Shown in pieces: positions 50,807 to 63,800 of a stretch of 64,000 nt of DNA (within the stretch, counting starts at the first letter, position 1; every line of letters begins with the position of its first letter). Made by a program: the position numbers and the translations under genes. The notes under the pieces are model-generated. The model did no database searches. It was not told where the DNA came from and saw nothing but the letters and a program-made list of their open reading frames with translations. Origin of the DNA: Paraphysomonas bandaiensis (Eukaryota; Protista; Chrysophyceae); NCBI GenBank assembly GCA_965644295.1, contig CBFFRP010000032.1, positions 59,208-123,207 on the forward strand. The letters run 5' to 3'.

Positions 50807-52204
50807 ATGAGTTCATCCGATGACGTGTGTCTGATTGTGGCCAAGGGGTCGGAGTATGCGATAAAGGTTAATGATATTCATTGGCTGCTTTATGTATCTC
50901 ACCTCATCTGTGTGTCTAGGGTTTAGTTGCTCTTGATGTATCTGGCATTCCGTACACTACTTATATTGGTACATTATAGTGACTGTTTTGTGTGTATTGA
51001 CAAGTCCGAATAGTTGATATAACACGACTGAAGAAAATATTGAACCCACCACATCTTGTACCAGTCCTCTGCTTCAACTCAGAAGTAGTCCCGGATACCA
51101 CTGATATCATGAAGTTCTTGGATACAAAGGTATGACATATCTTGTACTTTGTGTTTGTTCTTTCCACATATGTTTATAATGTATGTTCCAGCTCCCATCT
51201 CCAGTGTTTTTTCCATCGCCAGAAAGCGATGTTGGCCGCTTAGTTGCTACGACAGAAGAAGAAATAGACTCTGTTCTTAGTCCCCTATTGCGGTACTTTG
51301 CATGGTATGACGCTGACGGATACAACCGAGCTTTAGGTGATCGTTAGTGCGTATAGCAAGGCGACATATAAATGCCTACTTCTATCCCGTGTTTTACAGG
51401 TCCTATAATAAGGAATCTCTTTCCGTGGGGTCTCCAGTGGACGGCTGATTGGGTCTTACGGGGTACCAGAAAGTAAGGCAACTTTTCTTTGTTCTACCTA
51501 ATGTTTACGTTTTTCTTGAAACAGCAAAATGAAAACGATTCTTGGACAGGCAGGTAATAGTTTGCACGGAAATGGTATTCAACTCTCAACGCTCTCCATT
51601 TCTAGTGCCTGATCTAGATGTAGAGGACCCAAAAGCCGTACGCCAGAAACTTGATGATCTCTTGGCAAAGTACGTAGCCGTAATATGATCTCCGTGATGT
51701 AACATTATTTTCTCCCACTGTACACGACAACTAGATATGAGTCTATGTTCCCAACGGCCTTCGATACTTCCGACGATTCATCTCGTCGAGGACCTTATTT
51801 GTGTGGCACAGAGCGACCAAGTAGCGCCGATTGTGGACTCTATGCAATGTAAACCCGATTTGTCAATGTTACTTGTACTAGTGTGTTGTTTTACAGCTTA
51901 CGAAGTTCTATTTAATCCCAATACACTGCCATTATTACAGGCTTCAAAGATTGGTGTCGACTTCAGGGGATTCCAATGTTCCTCCCTGTCTTCCCGACCT
52001 CTTGAAACCATATCCCGCCTTGCAGGTTTATAATAAGGCTTGCAGCGATTATTCATGATACCACACACAATCGTTATTTTATACCCTGTATAACATTGTT
52101 GACAGGCGTATATGAAACGCATGGAAACTGAATATCCTGTGGTGATGCTAGGAAGCAAGCGCCGTCCTCGTGATGCCCCGAAACCACCGGCTCTTGTAGG
52201 CTAG
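50807..52204 (+). CDS. Glutathione S-transferase-fold protein, about 9 short exons (missed by the ORF track)
   Basis: Hand-spliced: MSSSDDVCLIVAKGSEYAIK/GLVALDVSGIPYTTYI/...LNPPHLVPVLCFNSEVVPDTTDIMKFLD (GST-N) ... GPYLCGTERPSSADCGLYAM (GST-C N-capping box) ... AYMKRME...PPALVG*. Internal splice sites are approximate. Confidence 0.75.
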
Positions 52205-52790
52205 TGTCATCAATTTGGTACATATGTCGAAGATTCTTTGTTCAGTTATACATGCGTCTTACTTTTCTTTCTGGAATATGACATGCTACTCACTGTATTC
52301 TTGAAATAGGTTGCTTATCGTAATAAGAAGGTCGATGAATTGTGAATTTCTTCTGTATTTATCAGCAGCATGAATTTGGCACCTCATATATATAGCACGT
52401 AATTAAACCTCTTCGCTATCAGTTTTCTTCTTCAAGAGACATAGTATACAGCCCTATCCACAAACCTATGGGCATATCCACAATATCGAGAACAGCTAAC
52501 TGTTATAAAAAACTCAATGCAGTACAAAATAACATCAACGGAGTCATCATAGAGTAGTTTGCAAAATCTTAATATTTCGAATTATTGGCTATTATGGTAC
52601 TCAATACAAAATTATTACACGAAAACTACTATTCCAGCAAGAAATGATGCACTCGAGCTATATGGACAATTTTCTGGGGAAATAGTTGCGGTATTCACTA
52701 GAAGTCGGCTCTATTCGCAAAGATCCATACGATAACCTCCGTGAGTAACCGCTCTCTTCCTACTATATTGGACAACAAAAACATAAAGAG

Positions 52791-55700
52791 TTAAGATACG
52801 AGTTGGTGCACTGATGTAGCAAGCACTACCTGCAGAATGGGGCACTTTTCCTCCATGTGCCTACTCGAGTTACCAGCTCCACCAAGCAATTCATCGATCT
52901 GGTTCTCCACCATTTCGTCGTCTATCTCTTCCAAACTCGGCGTGTACTGGGCACTGAGCCTAGATGAATCTAAACCAAAACAAATAACAATGACACAAGT
53001 GCAAACAATATAACGAAATGTATATTACCCCTTTGCCCTGGATCCAATGATTCATTGGATTCGATATCGCCTCCACCTCTCCTTGAGGTGGATGTTTCTG
53101 AATTCTGGCAAGAACTAAGAGTTGACAGCAACACACCATCTCCTGAGGGCCTTGGTGCCACATACGCCCCAACATATCCACCGCCATCGCTTGGTCCATC
53201 TGTCGAATCCCTAAACGACTTACCTGTACGGGAGGACATATCAACGGTATTTGGATTGCGATAACGCTCAGGTTTGAGAGACTCCTCCGAGAGTGATGGT
53301 TGGCGGAACAGATTCACGTTGAAAGCATCAGCAGCCGTTTCTTGATTATACTTTTTTAGTTCAGAATTTAATTCATCTATCTCAACTGCACACTCCAGTG
53401 ACATCGCCTATATAGCAGGTAATACCAGTCAATTATACTTCCACATTTCAATTAAGTGCACAAATAACATTCAACATACAGAGCGGTACCATCAACATTG
53501 TATACATACCGCAGATGGGGTTTTGAATTTCCGATTACAGAAATCCCAAAAGTATGCCAACAGGAAAGGAAGTGGAAACATGAGATAAAACGGCCCACTG
53601 TAAAATGCCTTCTTCAAACCAAGGTATCCCAGCAAGACAAGTGAGGCACAAATAAAGATAATCATCGATCGATTGAACACTTGATACCACATGTTTCCGC
53701 CAGACTGGTACTCATTTACATACACATAAAGCAACTGATACTTGTACATGAGGTACGCAAAAGCAAAGAACAGTGCACCAAATGGAACCAGCAAAGGTGC
53801 GATGCACATATAAGTTGTCAGAATCATCAACACCATGAGCAAATTGGGATATATCCAACCGTAGCAAATCTGATAATCCTCAAAGACACCAGAGCGTAAC
53901 TCTCGTCGGGTGAACTTCTTCTTGTCGAAACAAGTTTTGACACCTATGATTGTGAGAAGCGGCCATACACGAAGCATTTCAAAGGGAACAGCAGTGAGAG
54001 TCTTTACTATGAGAAGGTTGGCAAAGTATATTGACACCTGTATAGATATTAGAAGATTGAAGCGGTTATACCACATTTACATGCGTATACAAGTACGTAC
54101 TTGAGGAAGAGATTCACCAAGAATAGTTAGTATGCTTCCAGGATTATCAAGGATATCATGAATCCCCCCAATTATGGTACCAGCCGTCACGGTGACATAT
54201 ACGTTAGCCAACTGGTAATAGAAGTAGCGCGTCATAATTAAATCCTGAATTTCACTCTCGCACTTCAGTCCTTCGTAAAATCTAGATGTGAAGTCGAATA
54301 TGAAGGGTAGAACGGCAAGCAGTATAAGCAAAACCATCACAGCTAGGTATTGATTTAAAAGTTTATAGACCAAAGAGTCTTGGTATGCCTGAAGCCAGGA
54401 GTAGTCTTCCGCCAAATTATCAAGATTAGAGTATGCGTTGATCGATGCTACTACTGCAGACCAAAATACAGCCATGATTCCAAACACCATACCGGCAATC
54501 TGATGTCTAGCAGATACTTGGGACTGAGGTGTGGACACATTTTCCCATAGGATATCTTTCGTGTTGGGTGCCGGCTTCACATTCATTTCAAAATACTCGT
54601 GAGAAAGAAGCATTTGATAAGCTACGCTCTTAGATACACGTGACTTGAATGTCACAAAGGCGGTGGATGAGGTCGAGTAGTAAGCACCTAACGTGAGAAG
54701 TTCCAATGTGCGAGTTGCCTCCAGTACGCCCCGTATCGCTCCCTTACCAGCAACTCTCGCAGTGCGCACACTCTCACTTGCAAACTCATTGAAAGAATTC
54801 CCTGCAAGAGATGCTGCATCTCCCACGATACGCTTACCCACATCTAATACCCCGTTGTCGGACTTAGTCTTTTGGGGGGTCTCTGGGTCGCGACTAGAAA
54901 ACTCACTGCTTGCACACTTTGACATCTCTGGACTTTCCTCCGGACTAGATGCAGGTGAGTGAAGAGGGGATGTCAAGTCAGATGGAAGCCACCCACTTTT
55001 GCGGCGCTTATCTGCAAAAGGAGACACGATCCGCTGGGTTAAATTCTTGCGCGCATTCACCAAACTTTCTGCAGACTTCGTTTGAATGTATTCTATCATA
55101 TTACTTACGCGACTCTCCGGGTGAAGCCGCTTTAGTTTTTCCGACTGAATAGCGTCATTCTTCCTCGTATTTCGGAGGAATTCCTGCTGCAGCTGTCTCA
55201 CAGTCTCGTTTTCTCGACTAAGAATATACGAATGGTGCTGAATGGAATCCACTTTGATATAACCGCAAACAGTTCCGTAATCTAACATCCCTTGGCTAAA
55301 AAATTGAGTAGAAATATCGCTTGGTTTCGTATCGCTATTTTCTATCATGGTGGAGTCTCGTGGGGTCTCTATTTCTTCACGTATTGCAGACAAGTGTTGC
55401 TTGGCCCTCTCACTAATATCAATGCCCCCTGGAATTCAATACCGTTAAAAGAAGACACGAAGCTATCAGGATATCATACAACGCACTCACGAATAGTTAG
55501 ATTTCTAGGATATCATAACGACTCACCTACACTGCTTCCGCGACACACATTTTCCATGTCCTCTTTGATACTAAGGTAATATGATCTGGATAAGAGTATA
55601 GTAGGACGCTTTCCCGTTGCATTCCACAAGGCAATCGCTTTCTCTAGCTGGTTTCTTATCTGCAATTGTAGTTATAAGGCGGAAATTTCCTTTCTGGTAA

Positions 55701-56760
55701 CAATTAACAGAACCTTCCTTCGTTCTTCACAAAGAGTCTCTAGCTGCTTTAAATCCAGCATTACCTCCACCGCAAACACATCCCCTACGATATCAGCTTT
55801 TATGATAGAAACCAAATAATAATATTAACATGACGCTACATCAGCACCACGGATCAGCACAGGACACTGATGCACACCCTGATAGCCATACCAGGAAAGA
55901 GTTTTTCGAAGAAATCTTTAAGAGCAGGTGCGGACTGGAGAGCAATAGGAACGTTCTCTAGCATAATGGTGTAGTGTGTCTGCGGTGCTGTGTCTGGATC
56001 TCCCTGGATATAGTCACAATACTGGCCTACTATATAGTGCTGAACATACAATAGCTTACCTGAATGAGATACTCCAGCCGTTTAAGCACAAAGTGTTTGT
56101 ATTCCATATAGAAGAGATGACAAGCGTATGCCATGAATATGTAACTAAATATCGCAGGAACCCACAATTTCTGTCCCATATACCCATCGACATCACCGTC
56201 AACAACATTAGCTAAGGTGTACTTATTCCATCTGCACGTATAAATCACCATAACAATAACAATAATAATATACTTACGCGCCAAATCCACCATTCGCGTT
56301 ACCGTACAATGGCACAAGTAGCACAAGTCCCCAAAACATTATAAAACAGCTCAACCTGCTCAATTTGAGTTAGCCCGACAGAATTTATAGACAAAATCTT
56401 ACTTTAAGCATATCGCTAAGAACCTCAAGAGCATATATCCGTCCAGCCCAACCATATGCAAGAATTCATCCCCAGAAATCATATATATATGCCTCACCCA
56501 CCCCAAGAAATATCGCGGCGGCTTTGATGGAACCCTGTTAGTGGCCTGAAACTACATCACTGCAACACACTTATACAGAGTGAGAGAAAAACCTCGAATC
56601 TCTTTTTGATTCGCTTCATATATATGAGCTTCAAGTGTCGACATAGTTCGAATAATATTAAGAGGATCCCAAATATGACGAGATTGATATATATGGTATA
56701 GAAGAGGCCTTGTGTATCACTGGCGGCCTGCTCGAGGCGCCGATGGCTTGAGTCGGCCAT
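52791..56760 (-). CDS. OSCA/TMEM63/CSC1 family mechanosensitive or calcium-permeable channel, multi-exon
   Basis: YTLANV, HYTIMLENVP, STAFVTFKS, APNTKDILWEN, RYFYYQLANV and TYMCIAPLLVPFG...YKYQLLYVY...YQSGG. The 3' end is approximate (last exon boundary ambiguous). Confidence 0.9.
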
Positions 56761-57372
56761 GCGAACAGATCGTTCACTAATATTTAATTATATGAGAGGT
56801 GACCGGGCGGTGTGTGCTGCATACATACATTAGATACCATCTTCACACACGCTCCGTGCATTAAATCTGTGCTGTGGTGTACCTCTGCACTGGTACGTAT
56901 ATATGAGGGCACTTCTTGTACAGCCATACACACCATGCTGACACAGCAGTATGATGTCATATAGAGGTGTATATACAAGTATACCGCTGTATGTATCAAC
57001 GTACAGTACAGCAGAAGTATATGCTGATGTACAGTGTATTTGACCAGAGTTTTATGGGATTCGATCAGCAGTTTCCTCTCCCACACTGCTCTGCTCTGCT
57101 CTGCACTGGAATTTACCGACATCGAAGAGGTTCAGTATTCTATTCTTCAACAATGCTACTCTGTTCCCCTCAGCTCTGATAGTTTTGCGTATGATATATA
57201 TGAATATCTATTGATCGTTGTATTAGTTGGGGTTGTATAGTGGAGGGGTCGGGCCTCAAGATTATACACATATATTGTTCGTGACTCCATAAGGTGTGGG
57301 TGTATGAGTGAAACTTAGAGACTGACATTCTAGTCAATGACAATAGTTGAACACTGTCATTGAGATAAATTT

Positions 57373-57747
57373 ATGAATATGAACAGCACTGATGTATACA
57401 ATGACGACAGTGAATCGAATATATTTGGTTCCACTAATAATGGTTACTATCTGTTTGGTGCGTTTGCTATGGTAGCGGCATATCTAACTCTGTGTTCTGA
57501 GGCCTTGAACTCCTTAGAAATTTTTACTTTGGGAACATCATACCACTTAATGTTACAACGGATGTATCGAGAAATAATGATGGTGGGTTTCGCATCATTT
57601 GTTTTCACGATACTAGATCAAACTGAAGTTAAACTGTCGACTGCGTTTTATCGAGCCTTCGGATTTGCCGACATATGTTGTTTCGTGATGGCATCATTTT
57701 TCTGTGTTCAAGGCATTTTTATTATGGTGGGATCTACTTTTTCCTAG
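57373..57747 (+). pseudogene. 5' portion of an MLO-like multi-pass membrane protein, interrupted by the downstream element
   Basis: MLQRMYREIMMVGFASFVF resembles the MLO motif KxELMxLGFISLL. It is followed by an F-x-x-A-D-I-C-C-F-V-M-A helix and then an abrupt stop and compositional shift at about 57740. Confidence 0.55.
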
Positions 57748-57858
57748 CTCTAGGAAGCTACAGGCACCATTTAAGAAAACTGCTTATTACAAGCTCTACC
57801 TCGGTCAACATGACCACATCCACCTCACGGTGACCACACTACAACTACAAATTGTCCC

Positions 57859-60800
57859 ATGCACCACAACTACCAAACACCTACAAATTCAGGTCTTTGG
57901 ATGGACGCCCAACAAACACCCAATAACAAACTACAAATAGAGCCTACACACACTCCAGTGCAGGGATGCAGCCCTGGCAGTGTTGCTCTGCCCCACAGCA
58001 TGGCCTCCCCCAGTGCCATCCTCGCAGTCTGCATATCCGACAGGGTCCCCATTCTGCGGGTTTACTCAAATGCCAATTTCGCCCCCATCAGCTCATTGCA
58101 ACAGCTGGAAACGCTGCTCCAAGCTTACTGGCCTACCCCACTTCACCCGAAACCACCCTGGAGGCACCTACTTGCACCGAACACGCCCTGTGGAATATTA
58201 AGGGTACCAGAGCTCCATCACAAACCTCGTCTACGGTGTTTTCATACTTTACACTCCTCCATCACACCCTCTCCAACATCATCACACACACCACCGATAC
58301 TCAGTCATACACACGCAACCTACACCACTGGAATACACCGTATCTTACACTGTATATTGTGCAGAGTACACACAATCCACCGCCTCCCGCCTCTACACAT
58401 GAAGAGTACTACAGCCCTTATACGCTCCTCCCTACCACTCCAGTATTCTGATGTATACGCCCTCCAGATCACACACCGACACACTCCACCCCCACTGCAT
58501 CTACTCCCTCCTACACTATGCCACTATACCTCCTTACATCACACCCCATACATTAACAACAAACACACACAACTCCTTAATATTCCTGAGCCATATCGAC
58601 CTGTCCGTGCCTTATTTTCGTCGCGATACAGTCTAGTCTACACATGGTGCCGACCGCAGAGAACCCCCGTTTCACCGTTACCTCCGCCCACTCTATTCCA
58701 CTCAACACACACACACCGTCCCATTTCGAACCCGCTGTTGTGTTCAACGCCATATGAGCCATGTAGCCATGTATACACATTGTGCTCGACGCAAAGACCA
58801 TATGAGATAATACAGCTCACGAGATGCCCAGAGCGGACTGTGGAGATGCTGTGCATGCACCTCGCGTGCCTGTTCACAGCCCATGGTACTGCTCACCTGC
58901 ATCAAAACACCCACATCCACCTCCCCTCCTGTGTCCGTGCACTAGCACAACACCACCAGCACACGCCAACTCGCGCTCTCACGCGATGCACAGAGCGGAC
59001 TGTAGAAACGCTGTGCATGTACCAGGTGTGCATGTTCACAGCCCATGGTACTGTTCACCTGCATAAAAACACCCACATCCACCTCCCCTCCCGTGCCCGT
59101 CCAACAGCACACCACCACCTACATTCTCCAACTCACGCTCTCACAGGATGCACAGAGCGGACTGTGGAAATGCTGTGCATGCACCAGGTGTGCCTGTTCA
59201 CAGCCCATGGTACTGCTCACCTGCATCAAAACACCCACATCCACCTCCCCTCCTGTGTCCGTGCACTAGCACAACACCACCAGCACACGCCAACTCGCGC
59301 TCTCACGCGATGCACAGAGCGGACTGTAGAAACGCTGTGCATGTACCAGGTGTGCATGTTCACAGCCCATGGTACTGTTCACCTGCATCAAAACACCCAC
59401 ATCCACCTCCCCTCCCGTGCCCGTCCAACAGCACACCACCACCTACATCCTCCAACTCACGCTCTCACAGGATGCACAGAGCAGACTGTGGAAATGCTGT
59501 GCATGCACCAGGTGTGCCTGTTCACAGCCCATGGTACTGCTCACCTGCATCAAAACACCCACATCCACCCCCCCTCCTGTGCCCGTCCAACAGCACACCA
59601 CCACCCACATCCTCCAACTCACGCTCTCACGCGATGCACAGAGCGGACTGTGGAAATGCTGTGCATGCACCAGGTATGCCTGTTCACAGCCCATAGTACT
59701 CACAAGCTTTCACACGACAATCCTCCGACGCAAAGAGGTGCGAAAAAACACCAACTCAGACCACGCCAGGTTGGACCTGGTTACAGCAGTGACGACAGCA
59801 GCGACGGTCCGCCCAAGCGTCGACCACGTAAACCCCCTAATAAGGTATCTCGACAGCCCACAACCCCAGGTAATACCCACCAAGCCGACGCTCCCACTCC
59901 CATGGCAGCTCCAGATAACGCGGGACAACTCCCCAGGAGACATAACCGTCCTTCCCCTATATCCCAATACATACACCCCCAGGCTACACTCCCACTCTCA
60001 TTGTTGTGTTCCCTGGGGTCCGAGCTATGTAGTCTCGCCTACACTTCGCACTCACCGCAGAGAACCTACGAAACACTATCACCTTTGTCTCCACCTCTAC
60101 ATCCAAAACACTCCCCCTGTATCACCTTGAAGCTGCTGTTGTGTTCCATGCTACATGAGCCATTTAGTCGAGACTACACATGGTGCTCGACGCACAGAAC
60201 CTACGCACAGCATTCCCGGGGTCCACATGATACAAACACACAGCGCACAGAGCACCCCTCGGCACACCAGCAGGGCCCAGGGTATACCTCTGACGATAGC
60301 GGAGATGGCCCCGCACGGAGGCCCCCCTCCCATCGACGCCGACGTGTCCATGCCTCCCACCAGACCGCACCATCCCTAACCACCCTCTTCGACTTCTTCC
60401 CCCCCATACCCACCCGTCAACAATCACACACCACCGAACAACATAATACCTGCGGTACAGACCACACTCACTCCGAAACATCGCACACTACTATAGTCGC
60501 TCCACCAGGTCACCACCCATCCACAGTCTCCCACCCACCTCTCACAGTAACAGCCCATGCACGCGACAAAACCTCCCACAAAAATCACGGCTCAGCGACT
60601 CTGTCCTCAACTCACTGTATCACTCCCACACCCCAGCTCCTGAAACCGAACAGGTCTGGCACCACAGATACCTTCACTCCTCTGTCCACCACGACTGGCC
60701 CCACTTCCCCCACGACTGCCAAAGTTAACCAGCTGGAGGCTAAGCCCCCACAACAGGACAGCACAGTCCCCTTCACCAATTTACTCACCAACACCTGGGC

Positions 60801-63800
60801 TGCCTACGACAACACCGGCCAAATAGCAGCGTCCCTGCGAGAGGATCTCCTACACCAACTCCACACCACCATCATGACCTCTCCGGACCCAACAGCCTGG
60901 CCCACACTCTTCAATACTGTCAACGACAGTTCCAACTACATACACGTCACCTCGTTCAACTGCGATACGGATTACGCCGCCACCCCCGGACGTGGCTTCT
61001 GCTCGGTGGCAGCAGCTCATCAAATTCTGAGGTCAACTGCACCAGGAAAATACAACCCTGTGCACCTTTCCAGCGAGGAGGATACCACCGCATTATTGTC
61101 ACTGGTGCAACGCTTGCTGGCCCTATGCCTCACTGCAGGCATCACTGCCACACGTATCCAAACACTGCGGCGTACACTCACCCGCATGAGGAATTCCCTC
61201 CGCTCCCCCAACTCACAGGCCAAAGCCCTCCCCGCCAAACACTACATGGACACCGAAGACTTCCTACTCATGCTTAAACTACTACGACTCCGATTCCAGT
61301 TCTGGCAGGGACACCCGCTGTACCTTCAGCGTGGCTGGGTCCTCCTCAAGACGTCGACAGGAACGACTCGACACCCCCCTACACCAGTCCACAACGTCGC
61401 GTATAGCGCATCTCACTACTTTCTCCTCAGGATTACCGATGTCGACAGTAAGTGCACCAATGCTTTTCGTGCAGCTAGACTCTCCCTGTTGCAGCTTCTT
61501 CAGTCCGCCCAAACATCATCCCACCTCTTCACTTGTCCACATCCAGTATCACACACCACGACATCATACCAACCCCACGGCACAACCACTCCCTCCCATA
61601 ACAACATGGACACTCTACACACACCAGCGTATGCAGCTGCACAGGACCACAACACCAGCTGTATCGACATATACACCTCACCACCACCCCCATGCACCAC
61701 ATCATCCCCTACCCCTCTCTATATCACCGACGGTATGGTGACCTTGAGTATCACTCCGCGTGGACTAAGGGAAATCGAAGCCCAAACTCTACATCCCGAT
61801 CAGCCTCAACCGCCCCGCACAGCAATACAGAACGCTGGCAGAATATTCAGGCTTCATGTATCCGCGCAGAACATCCACACAGCACACGATATCCCAGCCA
61901 ACGGATACTGTGCATACGGAACCCTCCATCGATTGCACATGCTCATGACCAGCAAACGACCTACAGCCACCTATTGGGAGCTCGACCTCCGGCGACCAGA
62001 GCACAGGACCTACGCAGGACAGTGGCTCAGCAACCTACTTCGAGACGTGCTCCTCCACCCTAGCTGTGACCAAACCACCATCGTCAAGCTACAACATGCT
62101 CTCACAGCCATGACCAGCAGGCATCAACACACATACACCACCCCGGACGACATTCGTCACTGGTTATCTGTCCGCGAAATGCACTGGCTCGCCACATTCT
62201 TCACCCCCACAACCACATGGGCCACTGATGGAGAATCAATCAGCATTGTTGGCATACCCAGCGACCCCCACGCGTACGGCCCTGCGTGGACGTCAGACGA
62301 ACTCCGTGAAGCCATACTTCTGAATCTCCCTCACATAGTCCTGCACAACGCACACTTCTACATCATCAACCCTGCCGGCCTCGCCATCAACCTTGACAAC
62401 GCTCTACTCAACCTTGAACCACACATTCAAGTGCGTGAACCCAGCGTTCAGCGCGACGTCCCGCCCATTAATGCACGCCCACAACATCCCACCAGCCCCG
62501 TAGCCACACCCACATGCCCTCCTGCGCCTTCAGAGACCACAGTGGCCGACACCATTCCATCATCAGACACCATAAACTCCTCCCCCCACAATTCTACATC
62601 TAGGCCACGGAAAACTCCCCGGACAAAAGGCAACCGGACCCCCACACTCCCCACCAGGACACAGCCCCCTCGTAAAGCCCGACACGCCCAGTCCTATGCA
62701 GACCTCCCTGACACAGTCCCTACACATACATTATACTGTCCACACGTGCCCTTCCGCACCTTACTCCAAGCAGCGAATCCACCCCAACCGCTCACATGGG
62801 ACCCTACACTCAAATATAAAGTCCTGATGGGCCTAGCAGACACCCTGCCCAAAGGAAATGCCTTATACGCCGGAGAGCAGATCCCGGCCCATGCCATCAT
62901 TTCCGAGTGCACTGGCCAAAGACTCTCTATCCTGGAAGCCCGGTCCACGGAGCGTTCCTCCGACTATCTCGTCCAAGACACACAAGGAACATTCGTAATA
63001 GACGCCAGGGACAGGAAAAGCAAACGCATACTTTGCGCAGCCGGATACATCAACGACCCGCTACAGGCCAATGCCGCCAACGTAGAGTTCTACACAAAAA
63101 CGGGACGGATATACATACGAGCATTACGCAAAATCAACCCCCACGAAGAACTCCTCGTCAACTACGGGTACCAGTATTGGGAAGACCAAAAGTGGTCGAC
63201 AGAGATCCTCCTCCAAGCAAGAGCGGCGTATGCCGAAGATATTGCGCTCCGAGAGCAGGAATGGCACACCTTACTCTCCCAAAAGCAGTCGCCACCACGG
63301 CAGACCCTCACCCTCCCCGAACCTTCGCGCAGTCCACTAACACACGCCACACATTTCAAATTCTCAACGTGGAACGTCAATGGCAACCCTTCCAGCAACC
63401 CCGGAAAAATAGAGGCCATACTCCACTACTTTCGCTCTCAAAGTCTAGATTGCCTTTACCTCCTCGACGTACGGCTCTCACAAAGACAAGCAGCCTACCT
63501 AGACGACTATATACAGGACCAGATCCCAGGGGTTCTCGTATGCCGCTTTCTTAACACGAAACCGAAGCTCGGACCCACTGACCCACACATGGGGGGCGCC
63601 CTCGCGGTGATAAGTGAAACATGGAAAGGGCGCATCCGATATACCAATTCTGACTGTACGGGCCTCGGCCTCATATCTCGCATCGAATTTCACACTGGCA
63701 GACCAGACATCGACGACCGACTCACCATAATAGGAGCATATCTACCCCCTAAACCTGCGACTGCTGGCCCGTGCACACTGTGGACATCACTACGAGCCTT

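Noticed and set aside
62590-62700. Basic stretch before SET (RPRKTPRTKG, PPRKARH) as a histone-tail mimic
   Set aside because: No ARKS/ARTK match. It is adequately explained as an NLS or low-complexity linker.
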